The notes under the pieces: generated by a model
The model's input: only the letters and a program-made list of their open reading frames with translations
The model's database searches: none
What the model was told of the DNA's origin: nothing
Translations under genes and position numbers: made by a program
Source: Lophium mytilinum
Taxonomy: Eukaryota
Assembly: GCA_010093605.1 (NCBI GenBank)
Contig: MU004190.1
Coordinates: 1,372,961 to 1,436,960, forward strand
Length of the DNA: 64,000 bases
Reading direction: 5' to 3'
Shown: positions 13,516 to 25,458 of the stretch, in pieces
How the letters are laid out: each line of letters opens with the position of its first letter
How positions within the stretch are numbered: position 1 is the stretch's first letter

Positions 13516-14214
13516 CATCAGTTACCTCACTCGTGAGGTTTGTTCTTGGTAAGTCATACCGTTTACCAATTCCTATATTTCCGGTCCCACAGTTCGGTAC
13601 CACTTGGAAGTTGGACCAACAGGACACTGATGAAATGGTAGGCGAAAATCATGAATGAAGGTACTCGCCGAGAAATCAAATGGCTACAAAAAGATTTTCC
13701 CTTGATAAAGGGGGCGATGAGAGATGAGACTACCTGTAAAGCTTGCCCCCTTCCATTCCCCTAATCCTCTAGCGGCTAACTCTAAATACCGTATACATAA
13801 TTACTCACTCTGTCCTTATCATTCAACGATTCTGATTTTCCACTTTTGCAAGATTAGATCTTTGGTTCTTTGTCTATCAGCGGTGCTTATGGGTGCATAT
13901 AGCATAAAGGCGCTAGCCGTGGCGACATTTGGGGCCTGTATTCATTTCACGTTTTTGAGGAACTAAAATTTCGGCTATTCAGCGACGCTTCTTTCGGTTT
14001 TTGGTCTAGACTTGTATTTTTATCTTGATTTGAGTGCACACACCTAATCAGCTCCGTAATACTCCCGTACTCAAGTGAAACGAGAGCGGGGCCGTTTCAT
14101 TAATTGGAAATATGGGTCTCTGACTTTTCCCAACCAAGGTCGCGATGCCAACATCCTCGACCCGCTCGATAACGGAGTAGAGAGCATTGTCGTCGAAAGC
14201 CTTGCTGATGCGCC

Positions 14215-15093
14215 CTAGTCACTTTCTTCATCTCGATCACGTTGTGTTCCAGCAGCTAAAGATAGTCCCTGCAATATCTCACGTCCAAACGCAAAAGTCA
14301 TCAATGCGGAAGCTACAAGCCATGCCCCACTACACCTGAAGTCAGCACAGACTAGAGTATCGAAGACAGAGACTCACTTCGGGATGATCCACAAGAAGAC
14401 AAAGTTGATCCACTCATTATGTCCTACGTTACTCCAGCCAGAGTAAGCCTCATTAAGCCCTGCGATCATCAACGATAACCCAGTCTAACATATAACTCAA
14501 ATAGATACGTACCATATAAAATCGTCTTGCTCAGGGTCATGACGGCCGCAGCGAACCCAACCATAGTCGCCAATGCACCCGGCCGGCCAGCAACATATCT
14601 CTGCGCAAGAAAGCCGGGTTTTGCGCCTCCCCGGATCGCTTGCACTTGAGTGCTTTGCGTGTAAACAAGATACAGGTAATAGATGTAGAGGAGTGTTTCG
14701 GGGATATTCCTAGTGCCTTGCGCTGATGTGAACCCGTTCTTCTCGTTGAAAGCTTTCCAGCCGTAGATGTAATCTGTTCGCGTATAGAGTTCGTAGGGAG
14801 CCCAGAGCGGCCATTCTAGGGAACCTCCGGGCATGCTCAGTGGCCGTAGAAGCACGAAATCTGTGTCTTGAATCTGTAATTAGCAGATTGGATACCAAGG
14901 AGGGCTATTAGTAACGCACCCATATCACTAATGGAATGCTAATGAGCAGCCATGCCAGCGTGGGGTTCGTGGTTTTATGCACCCACTTGCCCAAGTTCGT
15001 GCGGTTGTGCGAGGTTTTCGAGGGGGTTGTCGAGTTTGAGGGTGAGATGTCCGGTTTTAGAGCGTTGCTATAATGTTCACATGTAGATACCAT
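14215..15093 (-). CDS. Conserved fungal multi-pass membrane protein (EXPERA/EBP-like), 4 exons
   Basis: WLLISIPLVIW|D..FVLLRPLSMPGGSLEWPLWAPYELY..DYIYGWKAF..NGFTSAQ; VMTLSKTILY; FLWIIP|GAWL. Confidence 0.72.
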
Positions 15094-15354
15094 CGTGGGC
15101 GAATGAAGATCTGGTGATAGCGCACTCAGCACTTGGAAACTTCGTGATTATTTGGTTGTGCAGGATGCCTTCGCGAAGTAGAGTATTCAAGGACTTCGAG
15201 AGTATATAACTGCGTAGTGAGCCTTTCTTAGAGTATAAAGCCGAATTATAGTGTTATGCTAACGATGCTTTGCTGTCGTGCGTGCAATATATATCTACAC
15301 CATTTGGAATAAAGGTCATCTTGATCTTTAATTTACCTCAGCTTCTTTTTGGGT

Positions 15355-15420
15355 TGCGAGATGCGAGATGCGGAGTACGAGATACGAAGTACGAAATACG
15401 GGATGCGAAGTGCGAAGATC
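15355..15420. repeat. Degenerate 7-bp tandem repeat (RCGRRRT, ~9 copies)
   Basis: gcgagat gcgagat gcggagt acgagat acgaagt acgaaat acgggat gcgaagt. Confidence 0.7.
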
Positions 15421-15649
15421 GCTATTGCTCTTTTTCATCAGTAGACACTGTCAGCATCGCGTTGCGCGCATGTAAGAATCCCCGGTTAAGATGGGCCACA
15501 CTATTCAAAAGAGGGATAATAGATGTGGTGACAAATAATATATGACTTCAGGCATTGCAGTTAGTCGAATTACTGCTAGAGGGCCGCGTTTATTGCTGAC
15601 AGTCGTGCGAGCTGAACGAGCCTCTCCCGAATACTCACCCTTACTGAGA

Positions 15650-16620
15650 GTATGAAAGTGCGATTACCGAGCTATTTGTTGAGGCCTTCCAAATCAACTC
15701 AACGCTTGCTGAGCACGTCGTCGGCAGCCAGAATCACGTTAGTGGAACATATGACATATACTCGCAACTCTGCTTCCCAAACGGCACGATCAACGCTACA
15801 ACGATTCAATTCCTCATCCACGGTGCCGGCTTCGATCGAAGTTACTGGAACGTAGCGCCAGGTTACTCCTATGTCGACTATGCCGCCGAGAAAGGATACA
15901 CAACTTCCTTATACGACCGTCTCGGTGTTGGTCTCTCTGATCATCCAGATCCGATACAGACCGTGCAAGTCGTGGGGATCCGCGCACCAGCTCATCCAGC
16001 TTCTGCGCACCGGTGGCTTTTCAGATTGCACCTTCGAGCACGTTGTGGGCGTTGACCATTCCCTCGGCAGTTATCAAACCAACGGTGTAACTACCCTACA
16101 CCCAGATGATTTCGATGCAGCGGTCTTGACAGGCTTCTCACCCGACATGAGTGGTGTGCTCGTGGCCTTCGCAGGATCTGATCTGGCTATCGCCTCGCAG
16201 AAACTACCTCTTCGCCTTTCAGGTTTACCGAATGGTTACCTCACCACCAGTTCCATCGAAGGGACCCAGCAACTTTTCTTTCGCGCACCGGGATTCGATC
16301 CAACACTGCTCAATATTGTCGAAGCGACTAAGCAGACTATTACCCTGGGCGAGTTCTTCACATCAGCTCCCAAGGTCGCTGCGAAGTTTACTGGGCCTAT
16401 AGATGTGGTTAATGGGGAGAACGACTTGCCGAATTGTCACGGTAACTGTTTGGTGCCGTACAACAAAGCTGCTGCTGTCAAAGACATGTTTTACCCGGCT
16501 GCGAGCAATGGGTCTAGTTGGTTTCTTGCGGCCGGAGCTGGACATGGACTGAACTTGCACTATGCGGCACCCGCGGCGTATGAGCATATTCACAACTTTA
16601 TCAAGGCGAACGGATTTTGA
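15650..16620 (+). pseudogene. Alpha/beta-hydrolase pseudogene (5'-truncated, frameshifted)
   Basis: One frame reads IQFLIHGAGFDRSYW...YDRLGVGLSDHPDPIQTVQV, then shifts near 15975 to AHQLIQLLR..VGVDHSLGS..AGHGLNLHY. No ATG or signal peptide upstream (in-frame TGA); nucleophile elbow GHS changed to DHS. Confidence 0.8.
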
Positions 16621-17843
16621 AGTGCAAAAGATGGTCTAGAGGAGTAGCAAAGTAGCCTATGGTTTGAGGAATGAGGGATATTATACTGGTGAGCGAACGT
16701 GAAGGAAGGGCATGGTGTTGCATAATGAGATATTACACTTCTTGCTTGGCTCTTTTTTTCCCGAGCCCTTTTTACTAGAGCGAGGCGTGTTCTTTTGAGA
16801 CTTTTTCAGTACTTTCGTTGATGCCTTTGCTTGGTAATAGATAGACCTTCTGTGGATATACATACAACCGCGGTTGTTTCGCTGAATCGCATATGAAGTC
16901 GCTTTGAGGAGCAGTATCGTTCTAGTTCTAATACTTTTGCTCTTGCGGAATTCTTGAGGTTAGCGAATAGCAGTTTGGTGGGATCTATGGGTATCGGCTC
17001 CTCTGTAAGCTGCCACCGGCCGACTCTGTAGTGTATGTCAATTATTAGATGACTCCCCTTGAAATGAATTGGAATATGATACCGTCTTGGACTGAGAAGA
17101 ATCGCAAAGAAAGTGTTGGGACGAAAAAGGCAGACAGAGTGGAAAGGCTTTCTCAGATAATCGGGAGATATACTAGTCATTTAGGACTTACTACGGAGCA
17201 ATGCCATATTCTTCCTTTTCGGCCCTCACGGTCGAATAAAACCGGCGCGCTCGAGACGAGGAAGCTGCTTGGCTATCAGGAGAGCTAATTTGAAAATGAC
17301 CGAACCTGCTTCTCTTCCTCACTCCTGCAGCGACTGCAGGGTTGTCGTACGAGATGAGGTAGGCTGAGAGAAAGTCCACGTTCCAACGGCCTAGTACCTT
17401 AGCCTAACCTTGTGGTGCATACGACGGCCAATCTCAACGACTCAATTACAATAAATAGTTTGCAGGATCCGAAAGCGAGGACGCCTTGTCCTACGGCTCA
17501 ACTGTTGGACTGACTCGCTTCCGCCTACGCCCTAATCACCCATCGCTTACTACGTACCTTCGTAATGCGCTCCATACGCTGGACCAGTCACAACCGATAC
17601 TCGAAAGTCCAAGCCTCGCCTCACAGGATTCGCGGCACTATAGGGCACGTTTCGCAAACGAGTAAGCGCTAACATAAGGTTGCCTTTTATCCAAAAAGGC
17701 AAAAATTAGTGCTGATATGGCTTTCTTGGTATCGAGCGACCTTGCGTTTGCTCCCATAAATCTAGGGATGACTTCCCTCGTTCGGTGGCTTTTAGATCTT
17801 GTGCGCCCATTCCTCTCTGTCATTTCTCGAAGCTATACTCTTG

Positions 17844-19729
17844 ATGGAGGTTCTTTCCAGCCTTGCTGAGCGAGGCGGGCCATTGCTATACACCTCCGTC
17901 GCCGTCGTAGCACTCACTTGGTTCCTAAGCACTGTCTTTAAAAGCTCTACGAATGCTCCATGGATCGGTCTCGAATACGGCGATGCGGAAAACCGACGCG
18001 CTCAATTTGCGAAAGATGCATCCGGCCTCGTGCGCGATGGATATACCAAGGTATGTACAAGCCCCAGAAATCGCGCTATACGTGATAGCTCTGCTAACAT
18101 GTTTTTCTACCCACACAGTTCAAGAACGCAGCCTTCAAACTCTCAACCCAAAGCGCCGACGTCGTCGTCGTGAGCGGCGCCGCCCTCGAGGAAATGAAAA
18201 CGGAGACGGACAAGGAGCATTCCAGTTCTGCGAAGGCACTGGAAATTGTGAGTGGACGATATGCGCAAGGATGCTAGAGGGGTAGACTGAGTCAGCGCTA
18301 ACGAGACTTAGTTGTTTTCGGCGAAATACACGGGCTTTCCTAGTAGCGGGGATGATTTGAAGACGGTGAACTTGATAAGGACGAATTTGACGCCGGGGCT
18401 TGGTAGGTTGGAGATTGAAACTCGATCAGTATGGGAAAAGACTGCAATATGGCTAACGATCAACTCTTCTAGCGAGGTTTGTACCTGTTCTATTCGACAC
18501 GGTAGATGAGGCATTGGTTGCGGATTTCCCTTCCTGTAAAGGTAGGTAAAGCTTCTAGAGTTAATGTGTATCGTCTCATATTCTTCCAGAATGGACTCCC
18601 GTAAACGTAAACCAGAAACTCCTCCGTGTCATCGCCAAAGTCTCAAATCGAATCTTCGTCGGCCCCGAGCTCTGCTTGAATGAGGACTGGATTGCAATCT
18701 CGATCGACTTCACCTTGAAAGTCTTCGCTGGGGCGAACGCGCTCGGCAAATGGCGACCCTGGCTGCGTCCTTTTATGCGATATTTTATCAAGGAGATCGA
18801 TGACACCAACAACCTCAAGCAACGCGCCGAAGACTTTATGGTTCCGATCATCAAAGCACGGCGAGCTGCGATGGAGAAGGGAGAGTTTGATGAGAATAAG
18901 CCGGACGATTTCCTGCAGTGGTGTTTAGATCAGGAGGGGAAGACGATGAATAGGAAAGTAGAGCGACAGGTATTCGATATTCCTTACTCAAGTGGTATAT
19001 CATAACAGCACTAACGGTGTGTCTCAGGCGGAAATCCAACTCGCACTGAGCCTAGGCGGAATCCACACCTCGAGCATGATGCTCACGCACTCGATGTACG
19101 ACCTTGCCGCTCGGCCAGAGCTAGTCGCGCTGCTGCGTGAAGAGCTCCAAGGTCTGCTAGACGCCAACAACGGGAAGTGGAATAAGACCATGCTGAACGA
19201 TGCATGGAAGCTAGACAGCTTCATGCGCGAAGTGATGCGCCTCAACCCATCTAGTTTCCGTGAGTCATTTCCCTCAGTACCTGTGTGGTGTGGATACTGA
19301 CGTTCTGCAGTGGGCGTCCAACGTCTAGCCCTCCATCCCTTCAACCTCTCCGACGGTACCCACATCCCAGCTGGCACCATTTTGCAAGCAAACCTCCACG
19401 GCGTCTATCGCGATGCCGCCATCTACCCAGACCCCGACGCCTTCGATCCACTGCGCTCATATAAGCAGCGGAAAGCGGCGTCCGCAAACGAGCAAGCCAA
19501 GTACTTGTTTACGACGTCTAATAAGGAATCGCTTGGGTGGGGGTATGGAAAGCATGCGTGTCCTGGGCGGTGGTTTGCAGAGAATGAGATTAAGCTTATT
19601 CTGGCAACGTTGGTGCTGAAATACGATATGAAGCTTGTGGATGAGCAGGCGGGGAGACCGGCAAATTGGCAGTTTGGAGCGCAGATTATGCCGGATCCGA
19701 CAAAGGAGATTTTGCTGAAGGAGGTGTGA
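17844..19729 (+). CDS. Cytochrome P450 (ent-kaurene-oxidase-like / secondary-metabolism type), multi-exon
   Basis: N-terminal TM anchor; I-helix LSLGGIHTSS; KLDSFMREVMR (ExxR); FDPLR; heme motif WGYGKHACPGRWFA. Confidence 0.93.
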
Positions 19730-20141
19730 CGGGGAATTTAGGGAGGTGTCGAGTATGCGAATGCCTCGTTATATGATGGAACCAGGGGACTCGTCTGATG
19801 AAGGGACTACCTCCTCTGTAGGCTCTTCGTAGTCTGAGCTATCAGATGACTCGGGGATAGGCTCGGGAGGCGGGGTGTATCTTGCTTTGAGGCATTTAGA
19901 TAGATATATTCAGAACTAGAAGGGAAGGACTAACCTGTTCTTGAGTTGGACTCTTTTATATTTGGCTCGAAGAGTTCCTTGAAAGCTTTCTGGGATCGAG
20001 TAAAGCGTCGTCTCATTCGTCTATTTCTTTGGATGTCAATCTTGGCACCGGCTAGAGGACGGCGAAGATCAATCAAGGGCCTCGAAGGGTTTTGTCTAGC
20101 CCCAAACTCTATTCCTATTCTTATATTAGCCTTGTTCAATG

Positions 20142-22250
20142 CTAGATAATATAGGTTACGGTACCTTTAATATAGTTATTTAAGTTGAATTGAAATGGCC
20201 CTTGGCCAAAATTTGTTTTCACACTGGCGCCAGGGCCAAGGAATACGGTAGGTCTCCAGTCCTCCGCGGAAAATGGACGGTATTTCGTGTGACTTGAGGC
20301 TGCCGTTATCTGTCCAAAGTGGTTTTGCTGTCTGGCCTGTGGTGTCTGCCGACTGAAGATACATTGGCCTCGGATTGGGTCGAGAAGACACCCAATCAAG
20401 TCTCCAGGAACCCAAGATCCAAGAGAATCCACGAACTCGAGATGGCCCCAGTTATTAATGATGGGCTTCACTTTCCCATCATCTTGATGAACGCCTTCCA
20501 GGACCTCAAACATTGCCCGAGTGAGGCATTTCGGATCCCGAAGGTCCATGCAATATCCGACAGCAACTTTAATGTCCTCCAATGCTCGGTCGTGGTTGTG
20601 GCATGCGCACTTCTCTAAAGCACCCAGTAGCACCTCAAAGTGTGACATACTATCGTTAGAGAAGAGGGGCAAGGGATTGTATGTTTGTACCACTGCCCAA
20701 GACATAAGTGGGGACACATCCTCCTCACATCGCCCTCCTTCTTCGAGATGTACTGGGTACATATTCATAGCCTCGATTCCTTTGCTTACTATATTGATGG
20801 TTCCATGAAGTCCGGTCCATGTTATTCCCTTAGGCTCAAGCAAACGGATGCGCTGATATAAAGATGGGTCATCATGGTCGGACTCGTGATCAACGTCCAT
20901 AGACTCATCCGCTCGTTGCGTTGACTCCGTGGTTGAGCTGCCGGAAGTAGCAGAGCTGGACCGAGCAGCAGACTCGCACGACTCTTGTGCAAACTGCGTG
21001 CTGGTGTACTGGGCTCGTCTGCGGGCATCATCGTCATGGTCATCCGCGTTCTCGACGCGACGGAAATGAACACCGCAATGAGGACTATACAATGAGATTT
21101 ATATTTAAGACCCGGGAAGGGTGTACTGACCAATCGATTGCTTGATCAGCTTGACCAGTTACCGATTCGTAGCAGGCAGGGCATGCGATGTTGGCATTGA
21201 GGTCATAAAAGCACATGCTCATCGACACTCGCTGCCCGGGTCTGAAGCATGTATCCCACGCCCTCCTGAGGTCGATTTCCCGATGAGTGATAGTATCTTC
21301 GAGAGCAAACTCGGATTTTTCGATCTTACGGGCTCCACGATCTTGAAATCTTACTTTCAGCACCGCTAGAAAGGCTTCGGAGGACGTGATGAATTCAAGG
21401 TGGAACGGAGCGAGCCGGCCACAAGCATCCAGAAAATAGACCGGCTGTTGCCGGTCGACTTGTGGTGGGATAGATGTCTGCATTTTGAGTACTAGCTCGT
21501 AAATCTGGAGGTTGGTTTTCAGGACTTCAGTCATTAGATCTTGAAGCTCGTTAGTTTGCTCTCGTGACGCCGCTCCGGTCGCTATTCTTGTGATCGATAG
21601 GAGAAGGTCCGTATGTGTCGAGAGTAGCATGTTAGTAACATCGGGTGCCCCATCTGGTTCCTTCGAGCCTAGAACGCGGTCGTTGTGGTTCGTATTGGTA
21701 CCAGGCCGACATCCATTCAAGTTTGAAGCCGCCCTGTGCGCCAAGTAACATTAGCGATTGCTTGAGACTTTGCCACTATAGTAAGTAACAATGAAATTAT
21801 ACGAGACATAACTCACAGCTGAATTGTCATCAGAAGCATATTGATAGAAGATGTATGGCCTGCCAGCTTCGCTCTGAACGCCGCTATCTCCTCTTTCTTA
21901 TACAATGCCCATTCCATTTTTCTCAGCGACGCTCGCCATTTTGAGCGTCTAACGGTAGACGTACTCTCCCCCAAGGCAGGCTCAAATTTGCGTATCTTTC
22001 GTAGAAAATTGGTGATCGTGTTCTGACATAGTGAGGCTGCCTGCTCAACAGCTACGCGCTGCCGCCTAAGACTCTCGGCCAAGTCAAGCCGCTTTACCTC
22101 CACCAAGGCTCGCTTCAGGCTCCGCAGCTCCCCGATAAGGTCGCGATATTCAGTCGAAGAGCCTCCGGAATCTTTGAGGGAGCGGATCAGCTCACGAGTA
22201 AGGTTGAGAGCGCTGATGAAGTCGCCGACTGAGAATCCGAACGTCGCCAT
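20142..22250 (-). CDS. SesA/HeLo-like N-terminal domain, fungal ubiquitin-like domain and C-terminal SPRY-like segment; 3 exons
   Basis: MATFGFSVGDFISALNL..LKDSGGSSTEY; QQPVYFLDACGRLAPFHLEFI..FLAVLKVRF..FRPGQRVSMSM, CPAC/PHC; GDLIGCLLD..PTVFL..VKTNFGQGPFQF. Confidence 0.72.
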
Positions 22251-22629
22251 TGTTGAAATTGCAAGCTATTGAGTGGGAAGGCTGGGGATTGAGTATCTTG
22301 AGTCAAAGTCGCTGCCTGCACTGCCACATTCCTGACGGTCTTGGTATTCACAAGATTGGTGAAGACAAGCGAAGCGGGGTCAGGCTGAAAATTCCAAGGC
22401 TGGCTCGTGAAGTTGACAAGAGGAGGGAATAGGACATATGAAACATCTCTGATCATATTATGTAGCATACCTATTCGAAGGTGCCATCACTTAGACCAGC
22501 GTCGGACTCGGTGGAGCTGTTCCCTCGAATGGTCGGAGTAAATGGTCACGTGATCCATAACAACGTTCCACCATCTTGTGTAGTTCCTAGGCTCTTGCAA
22601 CTAGGAAGGAAGTTTCAGAGTATCTCGCT

Positions 22630-23600
22630 TCAACCAAGGGTAGAAATCTGTGGGAAAGCCTTGTCAATGTCCCCTCCGAAATGCGCCGCATTCCTATCGC
22701 CTCCAATCGATTCCGCCAGTTCCGCCATCTCATCAACTTTTGCCTGTCCTTCCCCTAATATGACAGCACATTTGGCAATGTGTTGGAGTGCGATGAGAAA
22801 TATGTTCCTCTCGTTCTCGTCACGCGGCGAAGGTAGCTTCCCCACAAGACCAGGAGGAAATACTCGCCCGACACCTTGGGCCAGCAAGATTTCGTAGCAA
22901 GCTTGGACACGCGGATCACCGTAAAGGGTTTCGCACGGCCCTCTCGTCTGGACCTTTTCCCAGTAGATATCTGCAATTTCGTCCGAGTCGTGGGGCTTTC
23001 CAATTGCTAGGCATCCGGCGTAGACGCCCTTTGGCTTCAGCGCCGTGTTGAGCATCACAGCGTACTGCTTCACGGCGACCACACCAAGAGACCCATTCGA
23101 ATGACTGGGGCATGAGGAGTAGGCGCTTGCGCCGAGCGTAAACAGCAATGCACCATCTCCCTTCTTGATCATTCCGTCGAGAACGGCCCGGACAGAAGTG
23201 ACGGCACCGAGGATTTGCATATTTAGCTGTACTTGTGCTTGCTCGACCTCCATGGAGAGAACGTCCACAAGGCTGGCCATATCCAGTAACGGGCTGTATT
23301 CGAGGACGTCGATAGGACCTAGCTGCGTAACAACCTTTGCAATTGCTGCTTTCAGGCCATCACGATCGAAAACATCGGCAGGTACACCAACGCTCTTGAT
23401 CTTAAGGCCACTGAGCTCCTTTACGTAGGAATCAAGCTTTTCCTGAGACCGGGAGATGAGGCCGATCTGGTAGTCCTCGCGTCCGAATCGTCGTGCGAGC
23501 GACATGCTTCAGTTATGTTAGTGGGCCGAAACCACTGGGAGAGACTCAGGAGTCCTAACCCTATGCCTGGCCCGGCGCCGACTACGAGCATTGTCTTCAT
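22630..23600 (-). CDS. Atypical short-chain dehydrogenase/reductase, 2 exons
   Basis: Exon 1 MKTMLVVGAGPGIG, GT..ctaac..AG intron, then MSLARRFGRED..ADV..GPIDVLEYSP; no canonical YxxxK. Confidence 0.85.
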
Positions 23601-24473
23601 GTTGCGGAGTATGATCTTGATGGGTTGTTTGAGAGTGACTAAAGTAAAGCAAAGGAAAGTAGATTGACTAAAGAAGGAAACGAAAACAAAATCAGAATAG
23701 ATTGATACTATTGAATCTCTTAAACCTCTTCTACTAGCTCCTATTGTGCGCCGGATGCTGTCTCGACCCGTGCGGAAATGCGACTCTCCTGTTCCGCTGT
23801 TGCTGGGCCGGCATTGTTCGAAGGCCGATTGATGAGTATTTCATCTTCATTGCATTGATTAGATACTGTACCATGTCGCTCTCCATAGTTACAGGTGAGG
23901 ATGATGCTGTCGGCATAGTAGAATGGATTGTAGGTATCTTGTGCGGAGGCCAGCAACGACCCTAGCCCTGTCAAACTTGAGCTATTGTGATTAGTCATCA
24001 GTATCGCTCAAGCTATATCCTTCAGGCTGAACACTTCTGTAAGGAATCAAACTCATTTTAAAAGGTACTGAGCTTCGAGGCTGTTTGCATTGCTCATCGG
24101 GATATACCAGAGAATAGTTGAAGGGACTATATCAATGGACATATTGTAACCACGCAACTCACTGGACAAGATTCGGAATCAAATGGAGAATATATAATGT
24201 TACTGCGGCCTGCTTGGCTGGAACCCGATCCGCGTACATTCTGTAGACGGCACCTGAGTGTTATTTAATCTTCAAAAGCTTCCACATCACTATATCCGTA
24301 CAATGGTATCTTCGCCTGAAGATCTTCTATTTGTGCCCCCTCCTTAGCGCGCCTGAGGTCATGACGCAATGACAAATTCCGAGCTTCCAGCTCCGCCACC
24401 AACGAAACCACCGAAACCGCAACATTGATTCCACATCACAACTTCCTCCCATAATACTTAATACCCCATCCTA

Positions 24474-25175
24474 ATGCGCTTCCCATCCATCCCAACCCTC
24501 ATCAGAGCCTTCAACACATTCTCCAACACCACATTCCACTCCACACCCGCCTCAAACCTCCGCGGCCTGAACTCAAACCCCCGCATCACCTTCATAAAGT
24601 CGTCTATGCCCACTATCCCCTTCATCGGATCCCTCTTCAGCTCCTCCAGCAGACCAAAGATGTCGGACTCGTATCCCGTGCAGAAGACCGAGGGAGAGTG
24701 GCAGGCGCAGTTGAATAAAGGTACCTATACCCAACCCCATCACCAAACCCAGCCAGTATACATACTAACGCAAGCCAAAGAACAATTCCGCATCCTCCGC
24801 GAAAAAGGCACCGAGTTCGCCGGCACCGGCAAATACGACAAGCACTACCCCTCCACCGGCGTCTACACCTGCGTCGGCTGCGAAGCGCCCCTCTACAAAG
24901 CGACCCACAAGTTCGACTCCGGCTGCGGGTGGCCCGCCTTCTTTGACGCGATCCCGGGCGCGATTCAGGAGAAGCCGGATGGTCATGGGTGGTCGGCGAG
25001 GACGGAGATTCTGTGCGCGAACTGTGGAGGGCATCTGGGGCATATCTTTAAAGGGGAGAAGTTTGGGAATCCGAAGGATGAGAGGCATTGCGTGAATAGT
25101 GTTAGCATCAATTTTGCGAAGGAGGGGGACAAGGCGGAGGGGCAGGAGGAGGCGGTGGATAAGCCGAAGGTGTAG
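24474..25175 (+). CDS. MXR2: Peptide methionine-R-sulfoxide reductase MsrB; 60-nt in-frame intron 24721-24780
   Basis: ILREKGTE, CVGC, KFDSGCGWPAF, CANCGGHLGHIF, RHCVNSVS; N-terminal presequence-like extension. Confidence 0.95.
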   Translation: MRFPSIPTLIRAFNTFSNTTFHSTPASNLRGLNSNPRITFIKSSMPTIPFIGSLFSSSSRPKMSDSYPVQKTEGEWQAQLNKGTYTQPHHQTQPVYILTQAKEQFRILREKGTEFAGTGKYDKHYPSTGVYTCVGCEAPLYKATHKFDSGCGWPAFFDAIPGAIQEKPDGHGWSARTEILCANCGGHLGHIFKGEKFGNPKDERHCVNSVSINFAKEGDKAEGQEEAVDKPKV

Positions 25176-25458
25176 GGGAATGGTGGAGGGGTGTAGGATA
25201 TTGGGTGGAGGGTCGGGAGTTCGAGGTAGCGGATGGACTGGGAGTTCTTCTTTACAATGAGATGGATATGCCATGATGATGGTACAGGTTGTATAAACCT
25301 ATGTTATGAATACTCGTTTCCGTATCTAAAGCGCTGATGTCCTTTGTATGTGCTCATGAAGGCCTGCCTCTAGATCCATACCGTGATAACTCCTCATAAG
25401 TCATGAGTCATACTCATCATGACCTTTCTCATTCATAGCACGTCAAAATCATTCCAAC

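Noticed and set aside
16680..17400. Possible degenerate gene or TE relic on the minus strand
   Set aside because: Fragmented ORFs with no recognisable motif
11761..23600. Secondary metabolite cluster (hydrolases, P450, SDR)
   Set aside because: No PKS, NRPS, terpene synthase or cluster regulator; genes interspersed with unrelated ones
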